From assembly GCF_024521635.1 (NCBI RefSeq), contig NW_026250420.1, positions 124,001 through 188,000 on the forward strand: DNA of 64,000 bases, read 5' to 3'. The notes beneath the pieces were generated by a model that was not told where the DNA came from, did no database searches, and saw only the letters and a list, made by a program, of their open reading frames with translations. How positions within the stretch are numbered: the stretch's first letter is position 1; the number at the start of each line of letters is the position of its first letter. Below, in pieces: positions 13,034-25,267 of the stretch. The position numbers were made by a program, and so were the translations under genes. Source of the DNA: Tricharina praecox (taxonomy: Eukaryota).

Positions 13034-14084
13034 CGCTCGGTCAGTGCAGTGCAGTGCAGTGCAGTGTTACGGGTTGGTCTGGTCTGGTCGGGCTGAGGAT
13101 CGGATTCACTCGGGTCGGGTCCCGCTGCTGGCCGGTTGAGTAGAGTAGAGTAGAGTACTATAGAGTACCGTACATATGTGTGTAGGTATGTACCTATAGT
13201 AATGTAGCGGCTGCGTGCGATCCGGCTGTGGCGCGGGTTCCTCGAATATGTACAATACATCTCGAATATGTAGCGTACCTAGTACAACACACATCATTGC
13301 GTAGGTACATAGGTAGATACATATAGCCGGTAACTATGGGCCTAGTTATGGCTGGCTGGCTGGCTGGCTCGGCAGCTACGTACGTGAGACATCGAGTTCG
13401 GTGTACGTAGCGAAGGGGAGCTCCACAACGGGCGTCATTTGAATTTTGCTCCTACTGCTGGTGTACAGCGGTAGGCAGGACAAGGGAATGTGCAGTGTTG
13501 CATTATATTCGAGTCGCAGGAATGCGTGACTGCCCAGACTCCTCTCGCAGCCTCTCTTCCCGCGGCGCTCCCCGGGTTCTCACTCTGATCTGACACTTTA
13601 TCTGCTGCATCTTCTTCAGTGATCTTTCTTCGTATGTACGGATCAGGGGGACGGATGGACGGACGGGCTGTGACGTGGGGCTTGCCGCTTGCTATAGCTA
13701 TTATCAGCGCTTCTTTTTGCTTCAGCATTTCGTATGTATTCGGCCTTTTCCGATCATGACGGTGGATTAGGTAGGTACATACTAGGTACATCCTACTTCT
13801 ATCTGCTAGGTAAGGCCGGATGAATGGTGAGGCTGGCCAATCATCAATGACAAAGATGGAGTGAGTGTCATCGTACGAAACGAACGAGTGTATGTTTGTG
13901 ATGCTATGTGATGCTAACTAACTGTGTAAACACACCAATGGGATCTCTTGGACCACGTGGGAACAAAACATTCGCAAACAGTCATATCAGAAAGATCAAA
14001 CAAGAAAGCAAGAAAACGTGAAAACAAGAAAACCGCGCACATCGCCCACATTTCCTCCCTCTTAGGATCAAATCAATCACGAAT

Positions 14085-15426
14085 CTACGCACCCATCGCC
14101 ACAAACTTCTCTTCAAATCCCTGCCTGACCAGTCGAAACGCTCGCAAAACGTCCTTGAGTCCCTTGGTATCCTTTCCCGTCCACGCCTCTCCGTCAATTT
14201 TCTCACTGCTCCCACGCTCCTTCCCCAGGGCCTCTCCCTCCTAAAGTCGCACAATCATCGGTATGCTCTGCGAGATCAAGTTTCAGCCCACCGTTCGATA
14301 AGAGCTCCGTGGTGCATCTTGCGATCCGGTTTAAGAAATGATTCAGTCTCCCCATGACCTTCCTTGCCCCAGTGGTCTCACCTACAAGCGACGTGTCCCA
14401 CCGGCGTGCTGAGAGAGAGAGAGGTAGTTGAGAAGTGCGGTGTGCAGAAGAAATACCGATGCAAACTCAGCGTCTGCTCCAGCGAGTTTCTTCTTGCTTT
14501 CGGAGCTGAGGAGACGGACGAGGGTAAAGACGGTAAGACGCTCCCGAGCGGATGTTGTTCCGTGTACTGCTGGTAGTTCGAAATGCAATTTTGGGCGCGG
14601 GGGCGTAGTGATTGCTTCGTGAGCGGTAGGCAATGATCCGACACTGCAGTCGAGAATGTAGTCAAAGATCTTTCAGAGTCAGCGTCAGGTATGGCATGAG
14701 TTTCCGTAGAGGGTCCAGTACCTTGCTGTTCACAAACTGAACTCGGCTGATGAGCGCAATGTTGTAGCCCATGCCCATGAAACTGCTTATCATGACTATC
14801 ATCCGGTGCTTAATCGCCATGCTGGCATGCCCATTGTCTTCGCTCTCTTCATCGCCGTCATCGTCGTCATCGTCGTCATCCTCGGAAGCGCCCACTTCAT
14901 CCTCCTCGTCCTCGGAGTCGTCGGAGTCATCGTTTTCGCTGGTAACACTCTCCCAAGCCGCTCCGACTAGACCGCTCCCGTCGCCAGCCAACACAAACAA
15001 CGGTCTCCTCTCCTCGATCCAGCCCAGAAACGTCCGTTCAGAAATCCCTGTGAACTGTCTAATCTGCCACTCTCCTCCCTTCACTCCCAGCAGATGCCGT
15101 ATCACGATCTCCCTTGTGCAGAGCCACTTCGCCGCGCCCCTGCTGCCCGTTGGAGGAATGCACATTTCCGCATCAGAGTCCAGAAACACAATGTCAAACA
15201 CACATTTTCGGCGGACTAAACCTTGCAGGAACTGCTCCACAACGTAGACGGTGTGAAGTAGCTGAAAGCTGCCGTCCGAGAATCCGATACGCTCGTCTGA
15301 GAAACAATGGCGGAGGAGGGAGTCCCCGTAGATCAGGAAGCGTGAGGAGCCGGCGTAGTCGCCAACGAGGTCTAGGCGGAAGGGGCGGAGCTGGGAGTAC
15401 CAGGCTCGCATTTTGGAAACGGGCAT
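14085..15426 (-). pseudogene. Internally deleted, disrupted DDX60-like (Ski2-like DExD/H) helicase gene: N-terminal region joined to a C-terminal-like peptide, helicase core absent
   Basis: The N-terminus LDLVGDYAG..FLIYGDSLLRHCFSD..FQLLHTVYVVEQFLQGL..RKCVFDIVF and FLLHTALLNYLSLSQ resemble fungal DDX60-like proteins. Intron at 14721-14670; TAG at 14382. The terminal peptide GLKDVLRAFRLVRQGFEEKFVAMGA* (stop 14085-14087) resembles the family C-terminus. No Walker A or DExH motif is present. Confidence 0.7.
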
Positions 15427-16085
15427 GGATGGTGCGCTCTGATTGTTTGGATGAAGGAAACTATCGAGTGGAATTGGTGATGATATGGAGGGGGAATGCT
15501 CAGCAGAAGCGTGGATTATGTCGAACGTTCGAGAGAGCGGCTTCACAAGCAATCAACAAACAGTGAATCCACACTAACTAGATTTGGTATGATAGAACCT
15601 CGCTTATGACACTCGATTAATACTTAGCTACATCCTGATCTTTGGTTCATCAAGAGCCGTGATCGACGTCATATTGAAGCACTCAAACGGCACCTCTTAT
15701 ATAGCCTTAAACTCCCAGTCTGCTGTAAGAACGGCGATTGCGCACGGTTAATTTTGTTTACTGGACGGTTCCGGGGATGGCACCTAAAGGTCCAACTGGA
15801 TTACTCTTCGGCTTTGAGGAAGTCGTACATATCATACTTCAGGATCCATTTTGCTCATTAAGTGGCCGCACAGTACTGCTCACAGAGCCAGCCACAGCCA
15901 CATATCTACTGTTGCCCGACTATATTCCACAAATGTATCGAAGGCCATGGACGAGATAATATTTAAAGGTTCCCTACTTCTCGTCGGTTCACGAGAAAAC
16001 ACCAAAGTTGAAGGAGTAAGATGGGTTGGTTGACGTTTATGTAGCCGCGATACTCTAAATCACTACAGGACTCCTATGTAGCAAC

Positions 16086-17390
16086 CTATTTCTTCGGGGC
16101 AGAAGATCCAAACAAGGCGCCCAGCATCCTAGTCACCGTGTAAGCACCTATGCATAGGAGGGGAGGGAGGGGTCTAATACTGTTCTGGATATCTGGCGCC
16201 GAAAGTTTCCAGGGAGTCTACCGCCTTTCGGATCTCTGCATTCTCCTCAGGCGTTAGGACGACCTTCAGCCCTCCGAGATTCTCCTCCAGATTCTCAATC
16301 CTTGTAGTTCTACCGCCGCATCAGTCAGCATCAACTTCACCACTACACTATTGGAGCCAACCTCACCCGAAGATTGGGATAAAGTCCTTGCCCTGAGCCG
16401 ATACCCAAGCCAGAGTCAATTGTCCCGGTGTACACCCCTTTTTCTTCGCGATCTTCTCGATATCCTCGACGATCTTGAAATTCTTGGGGAAGTTCTCAGC
16501 GTTGTACCGAGGAACGTCACGGCGGAAGTCGCCCTCGGGGAAATCATCAGCGCTGCGGTATTTCCCGGTTAGTAGCCCACGGCCCAGAGGCGAGTAGGCA
16601 ATGATAGTGACTCCCAGCTCCCGCGCGGCCTCCAGAACACCGATGTCCGGCCGCTCGATGTCCGTGAAGAAAGGGGAGTACTCGATCTGGTAGGCAGCGA
16701 TGGGGGCAACGGCGCAGGCCCGGCGGAGGGTTTCAGCGCTGCACTCGGAGAGTCCCAAGTACTTGATTTTGCCCTCGGCTTTGAGCTCGAGCATCGCGTT
16801 GACGGTCTCCTCGATGGGTATTTCGGGGTCGGCACTATCATTGATCGTCAGCCCGCAACCACGACTAAGATGTCAGAGAAAACAGGCGCATACCGATGGG
16901 CGTAGTAAAGATCGATGCAGTCCGTCTGCAGTTTCTTGAGACTCCTGTCGCACGCCGCCTTGACATACTCCCTATCGCCGCGGAGGAACCTTCCCTCCTG
17001 AAAGCGGTTGATCTGTTGTTCCACGATCAGCTACCATTCAACTCCGCTGAGCCCGGAACAGAACCTACGCCAAACTTGCTCGCAAGGAAGATATCAGAAC
17101 GCTTCCCAGTACGTGTGAACCACTTTCCGATCAGCTCCTCGTTGTCCATATACATATCGGCCGAGTCCCAAAAGGTCAGGCCGAGCTCGTGGGCACGGTC
17201 CAGGAATGCGAAACGCTCCTCGTCCGGCTTGATAGGGCCGTAGAAGGCGGAGAGACCCTACAGCGGAGTACGTGTCAGCGGGTTGGTAAACGCCTGTTGA
17301 TGAGCTTCGAGTCCATACCATGCAGCCGAGACCGAAGGCAGTGACTTCAGGACCATCGCGGCCGAGGGTGCGTTTCGGGAGAGAAGTCAT
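16086..17390 (-). CDS. Aldo-keto reductase (yakC/AKR13-like), 5 exons
   Basis: [104 protein letters not shown]. The AKR catalytic D/Y/K/H tetrad is present and the introns are canonical. Confidence 0.92.
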
Positions 17391-18936
17391 TTCAAGATGT
17401 TGGAGTGTAGGTATCCGGGTGTAGGTATCCGAGTGCAAGTATCCGAGTGTAGGTATCCGAATTGTGTTGGTGTAGGGATGGTGATGGATGCTGGAAGAGG
17501 AGCCGACTCTATATAGTGTTTAACAAGGCCCAAGAGACGTCATAAGGAGCTGAAAATCGTGGTTAGTTACCCCGCCAAAGAGTACATATTAACTCCGAAC
17601 TCTAACGTCCGGTTGACATGGCATGGCACCTCGGCCGTATACAAACTCCGTGCGCAGCTATATACGAAATCGCCCCCCGACGTCTCTAACCGAGTAAGAT
17701 CGACTCTAGGGTCTTCCTGGCTCCCGTCTATGTAAGAATTGTCTTCACAGGACCATACATAAGATACCTCGTGCGAACAGATATTGGTAGTTATTTGCAT
17801 GTGGCGGCGAAGTAGCTGCAGAGTCGTTTTGCAGGCCTAAACTTCACCCCGCCATCGGCGGAAAGCATTCACGCCTCATTGATGTGTGTACGCCAGGGGC
17901 GGACACAAGAAATGAGGACGATGAAAAGATTGTCCTTCCAACTACCGATTGACTCCGGAGTTCCATGAAATGGACACACCCCTGGCTAGTTAGCCTAACC
18001 CAAACGCATCCCACGTTCTCCTCCTTCAGACGTCATCTCTCCCCTAGCCCACTATCTAATCTTGTATCTAGTCTTCTTAATCTTATCTTGTTGCATCATC
18101 TCATCGGATCTTTCCATCTTATCATTCCACTTGGGATGGCAGACAACATTAACACCCCACGATCAACATCAATATGGGCTGTATATAGCAAAGCTTCGAT
18201 AGGATTTGCGGGACCTTTAAACCTAAAGAGAACCGCAAATACCAGGGTCCCATAAGCCTTATCCTGGTGACCATCTATGCACGTCCTCCTGCGCAACATC
18301 ACCAAAAGAACCAGACTCGGTTTATCACATTATGAATCTGACAGGACTCATTAGGTCCGCACACTAACTCCGAGCATGCACAGTAGTAACTGCCGGTCTT
18401 CGAAAATGTTCCATCTCATAATATGACATCGGCAAAGAACATACGGATTCTGAAGGACAACATCTCCGAAAATTCACTCATAGTTTTCACCGGGCCCCTA
18501 GCACCACTGTGTTGATCAAGTCCACTACCTATTACAGCCTTCGGCGGCCCGGCGTTTACCTCCCGCAATCGCTGCGCGTTTCGCATCTGGGATCTCCGTG
18601 ACGCGGGTACTATATTCTCTCCTCCGGAAAACAGACAATCTAGAAAACAACATCGCTGCTGAAAAGTTGCGGTCGCCTACCGGCCGGATGGAACAGCTCT
18701 CGACCGTCACATTTCGTTGGACCCTCCTTCGCGCCTACATACGCTGATAACGTCGCCCCCACTTCGATCAAATCGGACCCCCGTCACTTCCTACGACAAG
18801 GGAGCCCGGGATAATACGATCTATGTAGGGCTATCAAACCTTGCGAGATGGCTGGAAGATCATTCCGGACAGCGTTACAACCTTTGAAAAAGATTGGCGA
18901 ATAATCGGGCGAAAAATCCTGACCGAGCGTTCACTA

Positions 18937-18997
18937 CTGTATAGTGAAGGGGGGGGGGTAAAAAAAGCGTATTTTTTACCCCCCCTTCACTATACAG
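18937..18997. mobile_element. 61-bp foldback / miniature inverted-repeat element flanked by TA (Tc1/mariner-type signature)
   Basis: TA-CTGTATAGTGAAG(G)nTAAAAAA...TTTTTTA(C)nCTTCACTATACAG-TA, with TA at 18935-36 and 18998-99. The arms differ only in G/C run length. Confidence 0.65.
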
Positions 18998-20391
18998 TAC
19001 GTTCGAGGTATTGTAATTTTCCACTCGCCTGGCGCCGCAGGGGAGTCGTCGGCTGTTAAGAGGTCCTATGCGGGTGAGCTCATCATGAGCTTGAAAAACT
19101 TTGGCAGCGGCAATTGGATTCAAAGTTAGCCATAATGAGATTCAGATGGTTTCCTTTGTACGGAATCAGACAAGCTGTAAATGCGTGAGCATGAGACTCA
19201 ATGATGCAATTTACTAACTGAAGTTACTGGACAGACGGGGTTTCCTCCGCCAAACTCCTGTTCCTGGGCAACCGCTCCGCTCCCGGCCAAACAGCCGCAT
19301 CATGCTACACGAACGAGCAAGCCTTGATGTTGAACTCTCGACAAGACAGTGTAGCTCAAGCCATGCGCCCCATTAGGCTATGTACGTCCCGCAGTTCAGA
19401 TTCTAGGATTACCAAGCCATTTACTGAGGGTTCTGTGAGTTTGTCAGCCCGCATAGTATGTCACTCGATACGAGTGATATCGAATGATAGAGTTGAAAGT
19501 CGGTCGCAGCTATATCATCACTCGACAGGTGGGGGACATCGGGCTATGCAATAATCCCGAATACGAGGCGAAGAACATGAGAGCTAGGGCAAGAATGGGG
19601 ATACAGGACGATCGATGAAATTGATCGGAGGACAGATAATGGCACGGGTGGTGGGGATGAGGAACTGGATTCCTTGGTTGAGCTTACAGGAGGTTGGATG
19701 GGACGAGAACTGGATTGACGTTTAATACCTTCATTCACTCTTTATGTCTTTCTTTCTTTCCTTCTTTCTGTTTTTCTTGCAGGTGTTGCGGGGAGTTGGA
19801 GTCGAGCGGGGAGGGTTAAGCGGTGAGCGGGGAGATTTGACTCAAGGGGAGGAGCTGGGCGGAGAGCAATAGGAACCGATATCGAGCTCGCGGCCAGCGG
19901 TCGGTGACAGCCGGGTGGATGGCCTAGACCACTAGGCCACGCGGGGTTTTTTTCGTACTGTAAAAAAGACGACGTCCGTTATAAACCTCAAGTTGTCACC
20001 ACAATATGAGACTAGCCGGCTTCACTTATAGAAAATGAAAACGATATTACAAGATCACGCAGTCAGCTAAATGCGACTCCGAAAGAAGAAAGCGCATGAC
20101 CCCTCCCCCAATGAATACGGAAGCTATCTTGCCACAAAACCAACGAATGAACGAGACGACGTGGAGGAAGAACGAGAGGAGAAGGGTGCAGGTGTAGAAT
20201 ATAAGCTAGAGCCTGGAGGCTACACAGAGATGTTCGGGAATTGTATCAATCGTCGTGCAGAAAGGGAAATGAAGGTGAAGAATGAAAAGCCGGCTTAAAC
20301 CGCAAGTTCCAAAGCCAAAAGGACTCAAACAGGGCTACAAACACGAGAAAGATGGCAGCCTGCCCAGCCCTTCCCCCCGTCACCCATAAAG

Positions 20392-22569
20392 CTATGCATC
20401 CTGAGCAAACACTAAACTAGACGTATAGCTACTCTCTTGCTTTGCCCACTCCTCTACCCACTCCAAAAACTCTTGATAATATATCGTCATTCCCTTCTTC
20501 GCCCAGGCCACAAGGAACAGTACAGCCTTTGTGCGCACCTTATCGAGCTCAAATTCTTCACAACAATTCTTCTTGGACCACTTGGCGAATTTCGCAACGA
20601 GATCCTCCGGGTGGATGAACGAGGCGATGAGCACTGCAAGCACGAGCTTGATATCGAACAATTTGCCTTCCTTCCATGCCTTGGGGGTCCGCCAAGTTTT
20701 GTATTGGGACCACACTTCGTGTCCCGGCATGTCGATGATGCATATGATCTCATATTCCTCTTCGGGAGCGATACCACGCAGATTTATCCCCCACAGGTAA
20801 TCTTCGAGGTCCCAAATCTTCGCCACCGAGGTTGGCTTACCAACCTTGAACCCAGGAACCCGATTTGAGCGCCGCAAATTGCCTGATAAGAAATTGAGCG
20901 CGTTTCCGGAGATGAGGGAGGAGCGGTGGGTCCTTGCGCTTGACGACATCCCATTCACCGCGGATCTTCCGATCGATCCACACGCCGAGCGTCGAGCCGT
21001 TGTAGCCGCCAGCTTCCACAGTACGCAGGAACTGCTCAAGCTCGAGCTTCGAATTTGAGTTTTGAGTGAAGAGATAATCTTGAATTAGGTAATAGACGTG
21101 CCTTGCAACAGTATACCAGCCGTACTCTGAGTCCGAGTCTCTGGTCATACGGCATTCCACCAAGTGAGTGTTGTGAATGAGTCGGATAAATTTGTCGGTC
21201 TTCTGCTTGAGGTACCCCGGAACCAGAGGTGTGTTGCCAATACCGCGGGCGACCTGTGATGTTAGATAAAACTTGGGAATGAGATGATGGGAGACGGCAT
21301 ACGAGTTCAGTACGGTCGCCAGGCTCAGGATCTGGTACCAGCCAGAAATCCCAATAATGTGAAATAGCAATCTTTTCGATGTCGCGCGGTAGAAGGAAAC
21401 CCAACATGCGCAAATGTTCTTCCTTGTCTTCTTTTGTCGCCCCCGGAGTCTCCCATATCTTCAAAATAGCTTCCTCGTCTAGTATCTCCATTGCCCGAAG
21501 TTCCTTCTCTTCCGTCGCCGACTCTGGAGATTCGTCAAACATGAACTCGTAAGTGTACCGTCCTCCGGTCGAGGCCCAGTCCATCAACCACTTCGCAATC
21601 TGCTGGTTCTCCAACTCGTAAAACCCAGACTCCCCGTCCAATCAATCCGCAATCGCCTTCAACAAATGGATTGTATCACACTTCATCTTATCGATATTAA
21701 GCTCCCTAGACCGCCCCCCAGAATTCATCCCTAGATCATAGGGATCAATAAACGTAGTGAGCAAACAAGCCGGCAAGAGAAACACATCGATCGCCGCCTC
21801 ACTCAGGCGCCGACACCCCCATTTCTGCAATTCCACGAATGGATCTTTTAGCCAGACGGGACTAAACCGCATCATCTCGCCAGACCTTTGCGGAATCATC
21901 TGCAACCTCTTCTGAAATGCCCATATACTCGCCAAGCCCTCCCTATTTTCGGCGCGATCTTCTTCTTCCGGGCAAACTTCCAGACCTCATCCTCAGTCTT
22001 GAGCTCTCCCACGGGCGTTAACGGCGGATCCCCGTTACACAGAGACCACTCGCCCCGCCCCTTGCGGTTAATCCATGCCGCCATGTCCTCGCCGGCGCGA
22101 CCACTGGTCGCTTGGTTCAACACCACTTCCAGCCCTCCTCGTTCCCGCCGCGCCCATGTAGGGTTTTGACGTGATCGAAACAAGTTTTCCAAGCTTGGTA
22201 TCTCTTGGGGTTGGGGTTTTCTCCGGTGGGCGCGTATTTTCGCAAATGTCTGGTCTCGCAGCGCTTGAGGAACGCGGTGACTCGGGAACCCAGGTCGGGC
22301 GCAGGAGAAGCATCGACACGGGACGTTGGCTGCAGTTGGTTTGGGCGCAGCTTTAACCGTGACGCCAGGCCTAATCGGTAGATGAAAGGGCCGACTTTGG
22401 CTCGTGGATGTAGAGCTACGGCCTCTTCGATGGAAGAAGTCATGTTTGGCTGCATGGCGGCGGGGTTGGAGGCTTGCTTGGCTGCAGCGATTGGTCCAGT
22501 CAACGAGCTTCGGTTCTGGTTTTGCTCTGGGGGTTTTTGAGCGCACCGAAGTGGCGGCGCGTCCGTCAT
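20392..22569 (-). pseudogene. Disrupted gene for an unknown ~720-aa protein made of two diverged ~300-aa repeats
   Basis: ORF pieces 22117-22569, 21896-22546, 21642-21935, 21036-21641, 20837-21370 and 20392-21039 join through about 4 frameshifts and an in-frame TGA at 21642. Motif pairs: AAWINRKGRGEWSLCNGDPPL / GVWIDRKIRGEWDVVKRKDPPL; FIDPYDL..IDKMK..KWLMDWA / FIHPEDL..LDKVR..EWVEEWA. Confidence 0.65.
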
Positions 22570-23769
22570 TACGCGTATGTATGATGGTTGTCGTGGTTTG
22601 GAGGAACGCGACAGCTCCCCGTGGATTCTGTTTTGGTCCTCATGTTGGCGCGCATAGACCTACATACGTGGGAGTGAGGGGCTGCATCACCAAATAGCGC
22701 TGAGCTGTTGGTTGGTTGGTCGGTTGACGTCAGACGCATGATAGGTACTCGTAGACGGTGGTCATGGTTACACTGTGCCATGAATCCGCCCGTTGCCGTA
22801 TCCATACCTACGGGATACCCATCGACGGACATTTCTCTACCTTGAGGAATTTGGGATGCTCGCTTTGGTCCGCTCCCCCATCGGCCGCAGGTTGCTGAGC
22901 AAGAGTTGCCAGAGAGTTGATGGCTATGGACCTGGTACTTATGAACTTATGTCCAGTCCCAGATCTAGATAGGCCTCTTCGTGCAACAATATCCACAACA
23001 AAACCCCAGCAGCGCACTTGCCACTGAGAAGGTTCCAGGCGCTTGAATCTTGCCTGCTGGGGATAGATGGAATCGCTAAAGCAGCGTTTTCTGTTAGCGT
23101 CGCACGCGGGTAAAAAATATTCGCTACCAAGGCGCCGGAAGCTTATTCTCCCCACAGCCTGAATCTCAACATCAACGTTGTCCCAACCCTGGGCGGCATG
23201 CTCTTTCTTGCTCAGAATTCTTTGCAGCGGGTTTCTCTAAGGAATTCTGACGCGGAGAGAGTGAACCGGCGATGTCACAGTTCGGCTGTCAATCCTCGAT
23301 AGAGACACATCATACCAGAAACTCCAAATACATGTGAATCATAACTAAAAACACCCCTCACGATTGGTGAAAGTTGGGGAAATGCCCCTTTGTCCATAAC
23401 ATCATCGCCGACGAGAAAGAATCACACGGTAGTTAATAAGTAGCAAGTACGGTATTAATTCAGCTCAAGACTCAACTAGAGATGATGCAACGAAAATATT
23501 TCCCATGATGGATACTACCGAGTGATAGCCAGTGTACACACGACACAAAGCTCTGCGCTGCGTTCTCTAGCATCCGTCCAACTGGGAGAGTGATTAGGCA
23601 GGCAGGAATTGTAGTAAAAGTTGTCAGTCACCATCCATGGCCCACCAAGATTGGATGCAGTGGCTGTGCACCAGGGAAGACCAAAGTCCGCCGGGCGCTC
23701 AGTGATACTCATACATACATCTATTTTAGCAAGCAAAAGAAAAGAAAAATCTATGTATACAGCGCCCAC

Positions 23770-25267
23770 CTACGACGGCGTTAGGCGGTGAGCACTCTCA
23801 ATATTAATCGAGTACTCGAAAGCGCTTCTCGCGCCCTCCGCTCCCACAAAGACCATTCCCTCCTCACCGCCCATATCCAGCCAGCTGCCCTGCGCCTTCT
23901 CGCTCTCGACGGTGACCGTAACCTCCTGCCTGATGACGCCGCCCTCGAGCTCCCTCTCCACACCCACAATCCTCTCCATGCTGTCGCTTTCCCACGCTTG
24001 ATCGCCGCCCGATTTCATTTTGGAGGCGGACATCTTCGCGGTGCGCGTGCTCTGCGTCCGCAGCTCGACGTCGTTGGTGGATGTGGCGCCGTGGTTGCCG
24101 TACCGCGACATGCTCCGCGCCGCGGAGGAGACGGAGCTGGCGAAGCCGGGGATCACCCGCCGGATCAAGGGCCAGACCAGTGGGATGTTCGAGACGTACA
24201 GGGCTGTCGACGCTTCGCGGATATACCATTTCATGTACTCGGTGTTGTAGACATCCGACAGATTGAAGACCTAGGTAGTTATACCTTCTCGTCAGTAACC
24301 GTGGCGGGGAAAATGATTGAGGACGGTACCTTGGTGAGGATTGCGGCAATGATCACGAATACTCCCATAAGGAACACGGTACACACGGCGATCTTTTGCC
24401 TTAATGGTAGTTTACTTGCAATGAGTAGTGGCAGGGGAATGAACATCATCATGATATCACTGCTGATGTTGAAGACGGCATTGACGGTGGCGTAATGCAC
24501 GAACGTGGTGCATTCCGCTATATCCGCTGTTAGTTGCGAGGGACGATGATGATGGGGTTGGGACTCGGATAAAGCTTACGATCTGGAGGTGGAACCGCCC
24601 AGTACCCCGTAAACGGCCGACACGCAAAGAAGAATGTCAGCTCGCATGCTACAAATCCCATAGCAACATAGCAGGCGACACCCTGGACTACGCGCTTCGC
24701 ATGGAGTCCCGAGCTATAACCGTCAGTGAATGTACTTTCATGGCTTCCCTTCAGGACGGGGATACATACGTCAACCGCGAGTAAAATATCAGGAGCGAGA
24801 CTTTGATGCCCCAAATGGTCAACAACATCGCCTGCTCCGATACGAGAACCAGCTTGCTGCCCTCAATACGCTCCGAGATGTTCTCGGGGGTGAAGGTCTT
24901 GAGGTCTTCGGGCGGGAATAGATTGCTGCCGCCGCTGACGGCAACGAGGTTCATGAGGGTTATCAGAACCGTGTAAGAGATCTTCAGCAGCTCCTCTGTC
25001 AGCAGGCCCCTAGTTACCGCATCCCATCGATAGGTACCAACCATGGAAAAAGTCATGACATAGTCATCACTCTGAATCCCCATCCGCCAGCCATTGTAAT
25101 ATATCCGGGTGAACCTATTACCGCCACTTCAGTCAGAACGTCTTGCACATGGAAGCACACATAGCAGGGAAGGATACTCGCAGCCGTAGACAGAAGATAA
25201 GCACCGCAATGGTAAAGAGTGTCCACGACTCAATCCGAAGGCTATAGACGAAATCCGGATCCATCAT
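23770..25267 (-). CDS. PTH11-like / fungal rhodopsin-domain 7-TM integral membrane protein (no CFEM domain), multi-exon
   Basis: ESWTLFTIAVLIFCLR, SDDYVM, GSKLVLVSEQAMLLTIWGIKVSLLIFYSRLT, FFACRPFTGYWAVPP, NAVFNISSDIMMMFIPLP..KLPLRQK, WYIREASTALYVSNIP. GT..AG introns lie between the ORF pieces. Confidence 0.88.

Noticed and set aside
19550..19970. Possible 3' end of another LINE (acidic end, T-rich tract, G-rich UTR-like sequence)
   Set aside because: No recognisable RT, RNase H or zinc-finger motif, and no TSD found.
22808..23300. Short minus-strand ORFs that could be a gene relic
   Set aside because: Multiple stops and no motif that I can identify.
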